A DNA stretch of 64,000 nucleotides from Heteronotia binoei (Eukaryota), in the NCBI RefSeq assembly GCF_032191835.1, contig NC_083235.1:33852001-33916000 (forward strand), in the 5' to 3' direction. Under the pieces are notes generated by a model. The model was given only the letters and a program-made list of their open reading frames with translations. It had not been told where the DNA came from and made no database searches. Each line of letters starts with the position of its first letter. Position 1 is the stretch's first letter. The translations under genes and the position numbers were made by a program. This document shows, piece by piece, positions 51,401 through 62,378 of the stretch.

Positions 51401-51989
51401 GTTCCAACTAGACAATACCTTTGCCTCTGTTAGTTCCCTTCATAAGTCATCAAACATGTCATCCAAGAAAGCATCCACAAAACTGGGACTTATTTTACAC
51501 ACTCCTAGCCTGCAACATCTAATGTTTTCTAACATGTTCGCTCACCAGCCCATCTCTATAGAAGTGTGATTCTCAAACTCTTTGAACTTCTAAATTTTCT
51601 CTGCCATTTGGGACCCATGACTACAGCGCCACAGGCAGTACAGATCCAGGAGGCAATGGTTGTGTTGACTACACCCTTCACCTCCTGCACTGCTGGTGTC
51701 TGGGAACAGACCAAACTCCTGACAATGAATAGGGGTGCAGTACAGAGGAGAAGGGAATGCTGCCATTCTGCTGTCTTCTCCTTCTTCTGCTGCTGGGAAG
51801 AAGGGGGTCTACAGTCTCTGCTCCTAGGCTCAAGAGTTTGAACCTCATGACCCACATTAGAAAGAAAGCCACCATCCGCTTTTGTGTCCCAAACCACAGT
51901 TTGAAAAAACAATTGCTGTAGAACAAGGGTTCCCAATGTTGTGCTCTTGGGCACCATGACACTCACTGGCAGCTTTCCTGGCACCCAGC

Positions 51990-52499
51990 TAGGGTTGCCA
52001 ATCCCCAGGTGGGGGCAAATGATCCCCCAGTTTGGAGGCCCTCCCCCAGCTTCAGGGTCGTCAGAAAGCGGGGGGAGGGGAGGGAAATGTCTGCTGGGAA
52101 CTCTGTTATTCCCTATGGAGATTTATTCTCATAGAAAATAATGGAGAATTGATCCGCAGGTATCTGGGGCTCTGGGGGGGGGCTGTTTTTTGAGGTAGAG
52201 GCACAAAATTTTCAGTACAGCATCTAGTGCCTCTCCCCAAAATATCCCCCAAGTTTCAAAACGATTGGACCAGGGGGTCCAATTCTATGAGCCCCAAAAG
52301 AAGGTGCCCCTATCCTTCATTATTTCCTATGGAAGGAAGGCATTGAAAAGGTGTGCTGTCCCTTTAAATGTGATGGCCAGAACTCCCTTTGGAGTTCAAT
52401 TATGCTTGTCACAGCCTTGATCTTGGCTCCACCCCTAATGTCTCCTGGCTCCACCCCCAAAGTCCCCAGATATTTCTTAAATTGGACTTGGCAACCCTA
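51990..52499 (-). mobile_element. hAT MITE, about 510-bp family
   Basis: Perfect TSD CACCCAGC; reverse complement of the 62379 copy. Confidence 0.92.
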
Positions 52500-52708
52500 C
52501 ACCCAGCAAATGTTGGAAAGTGAGTAGATCCAGATTGGGCACTTGTCCAACAAGGTTTCTGATTGGTCCCTGGAGATCCAATTGGCTTGGCAGATTAACA
52601 TGTTGTTTCACTGGCAGCTGCCCTCACAGTGTTAGTTTTATATTCCCTCTCACTCCTCTTTTCCAATGGATTCTCAAAATTGTCCCCCCCCTCCCCCGTA
52701 CTTAGGCC

Positions 52709-53014
52709 CAGGGCCGGTGCGTGGGGTTCCGCTGCCCAAGGCAGAACCCTGACGCATGCCCACCCCCTCCCACAGGGGAAAATCTTCACGAATGTGGCGT
52801 GATGACAACACCCAGAGGTGACATCATCACATCAGTCACTGAAGTGCCATTGTTCCTGGGTGCTGAGGGGCAGGGGAGTTCCTCTGACCCCTCAGCATCC
52901 AGTCGGAAGCTCAGGGACAGCACAAGCAGGGAGGGGGCGCCTGCACTGTGCCCCTGTTGGGAGCTGGCGCCCTAGGCAATTGCCTAGGTCACCTACTCTC
53001 ATGCACCCACCCTA
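52709..53014. mobile_element. hAT (Tip100-like) MITE
   Basis: Left end cagggccggtgc; perfect TSD CTTAGGCC. Confidence 0.8.
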
Positions 53015-53387
53015 CTTAGGCCTTCTCTGTGTGTATGGCTCTGCTTCCTGCAACACCCCTTTAGTAGTATGCCCCACTTCCTGTTACAGCCATTCTGTAG
53101 TTATAATTCTGGGAGAACTCTGGGCACTACCTGGGGGTTGGTAACCACTCTGTGTGAGAATTCTAAAGGTGCCCATGGGCTCAAAAAGGTTGGGGACTCC
53201 TGCTGGTGAGAATCAGTTATTCTTTTGCTGTACCACAGAGAATTGAAACCAACCAGCTGTAAAGAGCTCTGGAAGACTTAGAATAACCAACCTGTTAAAC
53301 CTGTAAAGAGACTTATGGAAATCCCAAAAGTGTGTGAATGAAATCATAATATACAATCACTAATTAAGAACATTCAAGCAATAGTTA

Positions 53388-53675
53388 GGTAAAGGTAAAG
53401 ATAGTCCCCTGTGCAAGCACCAGTCGTTTCTGACTCTGGGGTGACATCGCTTTCACGTTTTCATGGCAGATTTTTTACGGGGTGGTTTGCCATTGCCTTC
53501 CCCAGCTTTACCCCCGGCAAGCTAGGTGCTCATTTTACCGCCCTTGGAAGGATGGAAGGCTGAGTCAACCATGAACTGGCTACCTGAATCCAGCTTCCGC
53601 TGGAATCGAACTCAGGTCATGAGCAGAGCTTGGACTGCAGTACTGCAGCTTACCACTCTGTGCGACGGGATTCCT
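53388..53675 (-). mobile_element. Sauria SINE
   Basis: Same consensus; TSD aagcaatagtta. Confidence 0.9.
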
Positions 53676-53739
53676 AAGCAATAGTTAACAGAGCTCTAAT
53701 CTTACAGAATATAGATGAACTAACAACAATATTTTTGAT

Positions 53740-54800
53740 GAATCAGTACCCTCAAGATCCAGTCTTATATATAGTTCTGAAAATACATAAGCCAGGGTTT
53801 CCATCTTCTAGCAAACCTATTTTGTTAGGATCCAGTTTGGAAACTTTGTCCCAGTATAGTACTTCTTTTTATGACCTGTTAGCATATCTCCTTCTTATAA
53901 GGATTTTATATCCATAGTTGAAGGTAAAAGTATTCCATCAGGAGCTGTTTTGATGTCTCTAACTGTTAACTCCCAGTACAAAAGTATTCCTCATGAAGAA
54001 GCATGTACATTTGTTGAACCGATTTTGGATTCTCATAGCAATTTGAGACTTGCTATGTGTTTTTTAATGGAAAGGACTGATATAATCTTAGGGAAAACAT
54101 TTTAGATTTGATAATTGATTCTCTTATCAAACGAGGGGTGTGGCTATGGGGAGTCCCTTTGCCCTTTGTACAGCAATTTTATTTATAACTTCTCTGGAAG
54201 ATTCTATAATATGTAATACAGATCAGAACCTCTTTTGCAGAGATTTATTTATGTACAAACATTGATCATATTTTTATTGTCAGATCTGAATATTCTTTGG
54301 GCATTTTTGTATGGATCAGTACTATACAGAATACCATTAAATGTACACATAAACATCTCTCATTTTTAGAAACTGTCACACAATACCTCTTTTCATTCTG
54401 CAACTTTCTGTAGGACCCTGCCATATGGCCAGCCCTTAAGGTTTAAGAGGAACTTTCCCACATCACATGAAGACTAGGAGACTAGGAAAACAATTTCTAG
54501 ATAGAGACTACCCACACAGGATTATAAATGACGTTGATAATCTCACTGAACAAATACCCAGACATGAGCTGCTTTTAGATTAAACTAGACCTGGCAGGAA
54601 ATGTATTTCTGGTGACTTTCAGTATAGGTATTCGGCTTCTTTTATTCAAAAAGTCACAGGTAGACAGCAGCATGTTACCAAGGATATAGCTGTGTGTAAT
54701 GACCTTTCTTCTATTGACTTTTGAGGAACCAGGAATTTTAGAGATATTTTCACAAATCTGGATATCAATCAGGTGACCACAAAGAACGATTCCATCAGGG
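53740..54800 (+). mobile_element. Decayed Penelope-like element RT and linker
   Basis: Relic motifs LKIHKPGFP, SIPHEE, GVAMGSPFA, IDHIFI, PYGQ.LR, RNFRDIF, with many stops and frameshifts. Confidence 0.65.
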
Positions 54801-55220
54801 TTCACTTTGGCACCTCTGTATAACAGGAACTGAATGCACAAAGATGCCTTCAGGATTATTTAAGAGGATGGTGCCATCTGCTGGCAAAAATGTCAACAGT
54901 TTTCCCAAAAGATTCTCTTCTCCCCAATCTAATTCGTTTTGCAGTTCTACTGCTGGGCCTCTGAAATTCTTTTGATAACACAGATATATGGTATGCAGGT
55001 TTGCTCAACATTTCTATATGGTCTCGAATCAAGCTCAGTTTGTATGACTCAGTGATTTCTTTTTGGAGTATGAAGCTATGCAGAATTCATGGACAGATAG
55101 GAATGCCAGCCTTCAGGTGGGACCTGGGGAACCCCCAGAAATACAGCTCATCTCCAGACTACAGAGAACAGTTTCCCTTGGAGAAAGTGGGTGCTTTTGA
55201 GGATAAACTCTGTAATGTCG

Positions 55221-55657
55221 TGTCAAGTCGGCTGGATTCAATAACGAGTCTTTGGTATCAAAGTTCACTAGTTTATTGAAAACAGAGCTGAAGACCATGA
55301 TAGAGATTGAAGGACTGGGGTACACAGAAATTAACCAAGCATTTTAAGGTAAAGATCAAAGGATTCCTACGGGAGGGGCACTCTATGCAGTATAGTTTCA
55401 CACTAGGATGTTACTCCTTCGTTCCCAAGCAAAAGGCCTTGGCGCTTAACACTCCCACAGACACCCAGCTTGAGAAGGCTCCGAAATCTTGTTACCATAT
55501 CAGCATTTCAAAGCAGGCTACACAACAAAGACATAGCTAAGAGGGGAGGGGGGAGGAGAGGTAGCTAGCAGCATTCGGTGTTCAGTAAGAGTCCAGAATC
55601 CTTTGCTTCTGAACCAGAGTTGGATAACATGTTAACAACAATACAGCAGACTTGACA
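55221..55657 (-). repeat. 3' LTR
   Basis: Direct repeat of 60499-60935. On the minus strand, AATAAA at 55272-55277 and TATA-like TTAAAA at 55342-55347. Confidence 0.97.
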
Positions 55658-55680
55658 TACTGCCCCCCCTAAGCCCCCCC
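55658..55680 (-). promoter_or_regulatory. Polypurine-tract-like plus-strand primer site
   Basis: GGGGGGGCTTAGGGGGGGCAGTA immediately before the 3' LTR. Confidence 0.75.
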
Positions 55681-58600
55681 TACAGCGCGGGCTCGAGGTG
55701 GCTCCTGATTATGGCTTTGCGTTTCAGAACTGTGTTTCGTTGACTCTGATTGGTGCCAGCCGGTCGGGTGCGGGCTCCGACGAAGCAAGCTGCAATGAAA
55801 TACAGGGTGGATTTTACCAAGTGCCGGAGGCAAATCTAACTCCTCCGTTACTGGATTAATTACCCGTTTGATCTTAAAGGGCCCCACGAACTTAAAAGCT
55901 AGTTTCCTGGATGGTTGGGAGAGGGGTAGATTTTTCGTTGACAGGTATACTGAGTCCCCCACTTTTAGTTCCCAGACCGGCACATGAAACTTGTCATATT
56001 GCCTCTTATAAGCCTCTTTGGCTGTTTTTAAGTTTCCCTGGATGGACGGCCAGCATTGGCTGGGTCCCTGCCACCATTGCTCGAAGGCAGAGTCTGTGCC
56101 CGGATCTCCCCCCCCCCCCTGGCAGCATCGGGATCGGTTTCCCCGTCATACCCAAACACTGTGGAAAAGGGGGAAGCCTTGGTGGAACTGTGGGCACTGT
56201 TGTTATAGGCATACTCTGCAAAGGGGAGGAGGTCTACCCAGTCGGACTGGCGTTGGCTCACAAAGCACCGCAAATATTGTTCCAGCACCCCGTTCACTCT
56301 CTCTGTCTGTCCGTCCATCTGGGGGTGGTACGCTGAGCTCAGTCCCTGCTCCATCCCTAACAATTTGCAGAACTCCCGCCAGAAGGTGGCAATGAACTGA
56401 GGTCCACGGTCACTAATGACTTTGTCGGGGATTGAGTGGTGTTTTCCCATGTGGTCAAAAAATAAGGTCGCCAGTTTCTTGGCTGTGGGTAGCTGGGCAC
56501 AGGGGATGAAATGTGCTTGTTTGGAAAACGTGTCCACCACCACCAAAATGACTGTTTTTCCCCTCGACGAAGGGAGTTCTACTATAAAATCCATGGACAA
56601 AATGGACCAGGGGCGTTTGGCTGTTTCTAGTGGCAGCAACAGACCCGGGGGCTTCCCTCCCCTCTTCTTAGCCATTATGCACACCGGGCAACTGGTCACA
56701 AACTCTGACACGTCCTTTCGCAGGGACGGCCACCCAAACTGTCGGTTCACTAAGTGCAAGGTTTTTACATAGCCAAAGTGACCGGCCAGCTTGGACGAAT
56801 GGTACAGTTGCAAAATTTCCCTCCTCAGTGACATCGGTATGTAGAGCTTCTCCCCCTTGTACCACAACCCGTCCTTTCCCTTCTGCACCCCCTCGGGCCG
56901 CCCACCTCCCTCCCTTTCGGTCTCCAAGGTGATGCGCTCGCGGCTGAGCCCGTCTAGCTCCCTCCGTTTCTGTGAGCGGGTGGTGACCATGGCCGCCACT
57001 TGCGTGGGGGAAATTAGTGAGTCAACCACCTCTTCCCTCTGACTTTCGTGTTGCGGGAGCCTGGATAGGGCGTCGGCCAAGAAATTCCGGGTCCCCGGGA
57101 TGTGTTTTAGGGTGAAATCGAATTTTGAAAAGAATCCTGCCCACCGGATTTGCTTTTCACTTAATTTCCTCTTTCCGGTGAGGGCCTTGAGATTTTTGTG
57201 ATCAGTCCAGATCTCGAACGGCACTTTAGCTCCCTCCAACCACGATCTCCAGGTTTTTAGTGCAAACATGACTGCGAAAGCCTCCTTGTCCCACACTGAC
57301 CAATTTCTCTGCTCGTCAGAGAACTTCCGCGAGATGTAGGCACAGGGCCGTAGCTTCCCCTCCCCATCCCTCTGCATGAGAATGGCTCCTACGGCGACAT
57401 CGGAGGCGTTGCATTGAACCACGAAGCCCTTTTGCTCATCCGGGTGGCTCAGGACTGGCTCGCTAGTGAACAGTTGCTTGAGCCTGTCGAAAGCCGCCTG
57501 GCAACCGGGTGTCCAGTTTAGCTTGGCCCCGGGGCGTTTCGCGTCCTCCCCCTTTGTCTTGAGGAGGTCAGTCAGGGGTAGGGCGATCTGGGCGAACCCC
57601 TCAATGAATCCTCTATAAAAATTGGAGAATCCGAGAAATGATTGGAGCTGTCTACGTGTCCTCGGGGGAGCCCATTCTAAGACCGCCTGGACTTTCGCAG
57701 GGGCCATGGCTAGCCCGTCACTAGACACTCGGAATCCTAGGTCCAGTTCAGTGCGGTGAAACTCACATTTAGACAGTTTGGCATACAGCTGGTGCTCTAG
57801 CAGGGTGGTCAGCACCTCCCTCACCAATTTTACATGGGACTGTTCGTCCTGCGAGTAAATAATGATGTCATCCAGGTACACCACCACCCCCTTGTACAGA
57901 AATTTTCTCAACACATCATTTATAAAGTTCATGAATACCCCCGGCGCCCCCTGCAACCCAAACAGCATAACAAGATACTCAAATTGTCCCATTGGGGTGT
58001 TGAACGCCGTCTTCCACTCATCCCCCTCCTTGATGCGCACTCGGAAGTACGCGTCTCTCAAGTCGAGCTTTGTGAAGATTTCCTCCCCCCCGCCACCGTG
58101 TTCAATAAGTCTTTGATGAGGGGGATGGGGTAGGCATTGGACATTGATATCGCGTTTATCCCGCGAAAGTCAGTGCAAAGTCTAAGCGTATTATCCTTCT
58201 TCTTTCTAAACAACACTGGGGCTGCGTGGGGGGCGGTTGCGGGTCTGATGAAGCCTCTCTTCAAGTTCAAGTCTAAGAACTTGCGCAGTTCCTTTTTCTC
58301 CGCCCACCCCATCTGGTAGAGTTTGGCCCGGGGTAGACTTTCCCCGGGGATTAGCTCTATGGCACAGTCTGTGTTCCGATGGGGGGGTAATTGATTGGCT
58401 TTCCGCTCGCTGAAAACCTCCATCAGGTTGCGGTAGGCGCTCGGGACCTGGGGCACCTCCTCTACTAGGACGCACGCCCTTTCTCGGGCGGCAGGCGCTC
58501 GCGGCCCCCATGCTGGGTCCCATAGGTGCTCGCTACAGTCTGGGACGGGGAACCTGATGGTTTGTGCCTTCCAGCGGATAAGGGGCTCGTGTTTCTCCAG

Positions 58601-58990
58601 CCACCCCACTCCCAACACCACTAGATAGCCGCACGCTTGAGCAATGACAAACGTCTCCAGGTCCCAATGCCCCTCAATCCCCAAGGGGCATGGCTCTGTT
58701 TCCTGCGTGCACGCCCCCCCCATCACTGACTCGTCCATCTGCTCAAACAGCATGGGGTGGGGCAGTTGTGCGCGCTCTAGCCCCAGGGCCTCCACCACCT
58801 TGGGGGAGATTAGTTCCCGGTTGCACCCTGAGTCTATGAGGGCTCGAATCTGCAGGAATCTTTTCAATTTCGGGTTCAACAGCTTTACCATCACAAAGTA
58901 CAGCTTTCCCGTGGTTTTTACCGTTAGTGGTGCCTTTTCCCGATCGACCTGCTGGTTGGCACCGTTCAAAGCAGGTCGGTGTCGTTTCCC
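55669..58990 (-). pseudogene. pol: pol with two frameshifts: aspartic protease (LIDSG), RT (YLDD), RNase H, integrase (HHCC, DDE, GPF module)
   Basis: ORFs 58058..59008, 56028..58061 and 55669..55983 carry the named motifs in Gypsy order. Confidence 0.95.
58929..58990 (-). promoter_or_regulatory. -1 programmed ribosomal frameshift signal: G GGA AAC plus H-type pseudoknot
   Basis: Heptamer at 58990-58984 in the gag frame; pol is in the -1 frame. 9-bp stem 58978-58970/58953-58945 and 6-bp stem 58963-58958/58934-58929. Confidence 0.85.
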
Positions 58991-60445
58991 GCCGGCTCCT
59001 CTTCCCACGCGAGGTCGGCCAGTTCCGCGGACAGGCGGACCTCTTCTTCCTGCAGCTCCTCCTGCACCATCAACGCGCTGCTTTTCGCCGCATCCTTAGG
59101 GCGGCCAGGTGCTTTCTTGGGGCCCGGGGTGCTCTGCCGGATTGACCCCAGCGCCGGGGCGGTCCCAGAGGGAGGCTGAGGGCAGTTGGAAGCGAGGTGA
59201 TTTGGGTCGCCGCACCGGAAGCAACGGCGGGGTCCCCCGGTGGTTTCTTGGCTTTAGGGGGCTCGCTCTTCCCTAAGGGTCCCCCCTTGCCCGCCGCCAG
59301 CGCTTGGCGCAGCATGGCCACTCTCTTCAGATTGGTTTCCACCTCTCCCGCGAGCTGGATCCACCCCACGAGCGTGTCTGGTTGGGCTTGGGTGAGAGCC
59401 CGATCCAGAATGCTGGGGTTCAGCCCGTTAGTGAAGTGCTCGATTTTCATCACTTCATTCCAGTTCCAGGCTCGGGCGGCGTTCGCCTGGAAGTCTGCCG
59501 CATATTCTCGGATGGATCGGGCCCCCTGCTTCATGTTCCGCAGTGCTGAAAGCGCTCTGGCCTCTTGCAGGGGGTCCTCGTATTGGGTCAGTAGGGCTTG
59601 CACGAACGTGTTCACGAAGTGCAGGAGCAGGCTGTTGGTTTCACACAGGCTCACATACCACTTCTTAGCAGGACCCCGCAGCTTCGACCCCAAGTAGTCC
59701 ACTCGGCTCACCTCATCAGGAAATAGGTCTCCCCAGTAGTACATGTAGCTATTCGCTTGGATTGCAAAATAGTTCACTTCTTTCGGATCCCCGTCAAAAG
59801 TTGCATCCAGCTCTCGACCCCCCCCTAGGTCTCGCTGCCGGGCCGGGGCGGGGGCCGCCGGTGCTTGGGGCGCCGCCGGCGCTGGGGGGGCCGCGGGGGT
59901 GGCGGGTGGAGGTTGGCTCGGCTGCCCTCGCGGCCCCGCTGGCACCGGTTGTTGCTGGCGGGTCTCGGTTACCCCCAACGCTCTCCCCAGCTGGGCGGTT
60001 AGGGTCTGCAGTTGGTCCTTGAGGTCCCTCATTGCCCCGTCGACCTCGCGGTGGACCATCGACCGGAACATCTGGTAGTCTTCGTCGTGCGGGTCCTTGG
60101 GTCTCGGCCCCCCGCCCTCCTCTTCACACTCTGCACCTTTGCTCCCGCTGCCTGGGGCTTGGTCACGGGCGCCTCGGCTCCTTCCTCCGGCTCGCCTGGG
60201 TTGGTAGCCGCGGCTTCGGCCAGTTGCACCCGCTTGGTGTGGCGGGTCATGATCGCCTCCCGGCGGATCGGGGCCTGGTCCATAAGTGTGGTCGATGTCC
60301 TCGGCTGGTATTGCCGGGGAGTGACCACCAGCTGAAACTGGGGAGGGGAAGCCGCGGTCCTTCTGGCAGTATGGATGTGCCAGGGTGTCTCGGCCCCCTC
60401 CGCTCTTGTTGGGAGTTCTCCATCGTCCGGCGTCTGGTCGGACAT
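58966..60445 (-). pseudogene. gag: gag with two frameshifts: retrotransposon capsid domain plus one CCHC knuckle CFRCGDPNHLASNC, ending PAGNDTDLL*
   Basis: ORFs 60029..60496 and 59070..60071 (FDGDPKEVNYF...LRGPAKKWY). My translation of the third frame from 59223 gives the knuckle and the tail. Confidence 0.9.
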
Positions 60446-60486
60446 TGCCTTTTCAGTTGCCGGAAAGGTTGAACTCCAAGATAGGG

Positions 60487-60496
60487 AGTCCTTCAA
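60487..60496 (-). promoter_or_regulatory. Self-priming primer-binding site TTGAAGGACT
   Basis: 2 nt from the 5' LTR, lacks TGG, and is a perfect complement of AGTCCTTCAA within the LTR (60594-60585). Confidence 0.8.
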
Positions 60497-60498
60497 AA

Positions 60499-60935
60499 TG
60501 TCAAGTCGGCTGGATTCAATAACGAGTCTTTGGTATCAAAGTTCACTAGTTTATTGAAAACAGAGCTGAAGACCATGATAGAGATTGAAGGACTGGGGTA
60601 CACAGAAATTAACCAAGCATTTTAAGGTAAAGATCAAAGGATTCCTACGGGAGGGGCACTCTATGCAGTATAGTTTCACACTAGGATGTTACTCCTTCAT
60701 TCCCAAGCAAAAGGCCTTGGCGCTTAACACTCCCACAGACACCCAGCTTGAGAAGGCTCCGAAATCTTGTTACCATATCAGCATTTCAAAACAGTCTACA
60801 CAACAAAGACATAGCTAAGAGGGGAGGGGGGAGGAGAGGTAGCTAGCAGCATTCGGTGTTCAGTAAGAGTCCAGAATCCTTTGCTTCTGAACCAGAGTTG
60901 GATAACATGTTAACAACAATACAGCAGACTTGACA
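60499..60935 (-). repeat. 5' LTR
   Basis: Terminal inverted repeat TGTCAAGTC/GACTTGACA; 3 mismatches by eye against 55221-55657. Confidence 0.97.
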
Positions 60936-61933
60936 TGTCGGGCCCCACTGAAATCCCTGTCCTCCCCAGACTCCATCCCCAAATCTCCAGGAGTTTCCCA
61001 GTCGGCATCTGGAAACCTTACCCTCCCATCCTCTGCCTGGCAACTCTATGAGGCTTGAAGTCTGTCGCTTTGAGGTTGGTAGTATGATTACACACAAATG
61101 CTGGCTATGTAAACTCTGATGGACTACCATGAGGACTTACTGAAGTCCATTGTGAATTACAAGTTACAAGCAGGGGTAATCACATTTTTCTCTTCCTTGT
61201 GTGGTAGAAGACAGCCCCCCCACCCCCATAGAGTGACCTTCGGAAAGGCACAGAGCACCTATTTCTCCTGCTGTAGTCCTTACCCTTTTCATTAAAAAAA
61301 AAACCCATGATAACATGCTCCAGAACTGTTCAACAAAGAAGTTGCAATCATAAGCAATGTTCCCTCTAAACTGCAGTCTTGTGAGCAAAAATTCTACTTT
61401 GTGAGCTCCTGCATAAATTATTGTGCTTGGGATCATTTTTTCTGAGCGAAGACAAAAATGTGTAAGCTGGAGGCTAAAAATCTGTGAGCTCAGCTAGCTC
61501 ACGCTAACTCAGCTTAGAGGGAACAATGATAATACAAGAAGGTTCTGAAGGATCTCCCAAGATTTGCAGGCATAGGAGGAGGAGGAGGAGAAGGAGAAGA
61601 CTGGATATATACTTCACTCTTCACTACCCAAAGGAGTCTCAGAGCGGTTTACAATCCCCTTTTCCCTCCCCCTCCCCACAACCTCTGTGAGGTAGGTGGG
61701 GCTGAGAGAGCTCTCCTAGAACTGCTCTTGAGCAGAACAGCCTCTGACAGAGTTATGACTTCACTCCAGCAATTGCAGGTGGAAGAACCAGGTAATCAAA
61801 AAGGTTGAAAAACCTGACCTTTTCCAATAAACTAATCACAAATGCGCACAAACTCAAATTAATGGTTCTGAAAGTCAACATTTGTATTCTCTCCTTTAAC
61901 ACTACAGTATTTTATAGACTTTGTACAAACAAC

Positions 61934-62130
61934 CAGGGCTTTTTTTGTAGAAGAAGCCCAGCAGGAACTCATTTGCATATTAGGCCACATCTCCTGACAT
62001 AACCATTGTTCTACACAGGGCTTTTTTGTAGAAAAAGCCTAGTAGGAGCTAATTTGCATATTAGGACACAGCCCTGATGCCAAGCCAGCCGGAACTGTTT
62101 CCTGTGCATTCCTGCTCAAAAAATGCCCTG
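61934..62130. mobile_element. CAGGGCTTTT-family MITE with a duplicated left half
   Basis: Two cagggctttttt starts (61934 and 62016); TSD caaa(c/a)aac. Confidence 0.8.
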
Positions 62131-62378
62131 CAAAAAACCATTATGAAGAGTCTTTGTCATGTAAAACTCTAACCCAGATTCATTAAATTTTCTAACATAT
62201 ATTTTTAGCTTGCCAGATAGTTTAGGGCAAGACATATGGTTCAACCCTTCCCCTTTTATCCTCACAACAGCCCTGTGAGATAGGCTTGGTATAGAAAGAA
62301 CGAGTGATATAAGCTCATCTAATGAGCTTCATGGCAGTGCAGAGATTGAAAGCCTAGGTCTTCGAGATCTTCATCAGA

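Larger units (their letters stand above)
55221..60935 (-). mobile_element. Full-length Ty3/Gypsy LTR retrotransposon, Tf1/sushi type (related to PEG10/RTL progenitors)
   Basis: Two 437-bp LTRs with TG...CA ends, 5-bp TSD TGTCG (55216-55220 and 60936-60940), gag then PR-RT-RH-IN. Inserted inside a small MITE. Confidence 0.97.

Noticed and set aside
54575-54841. 88-aa minus-strand ORF
   Set aside because: It is antisense to the Penelope linker relic; no independent evidence of coding.
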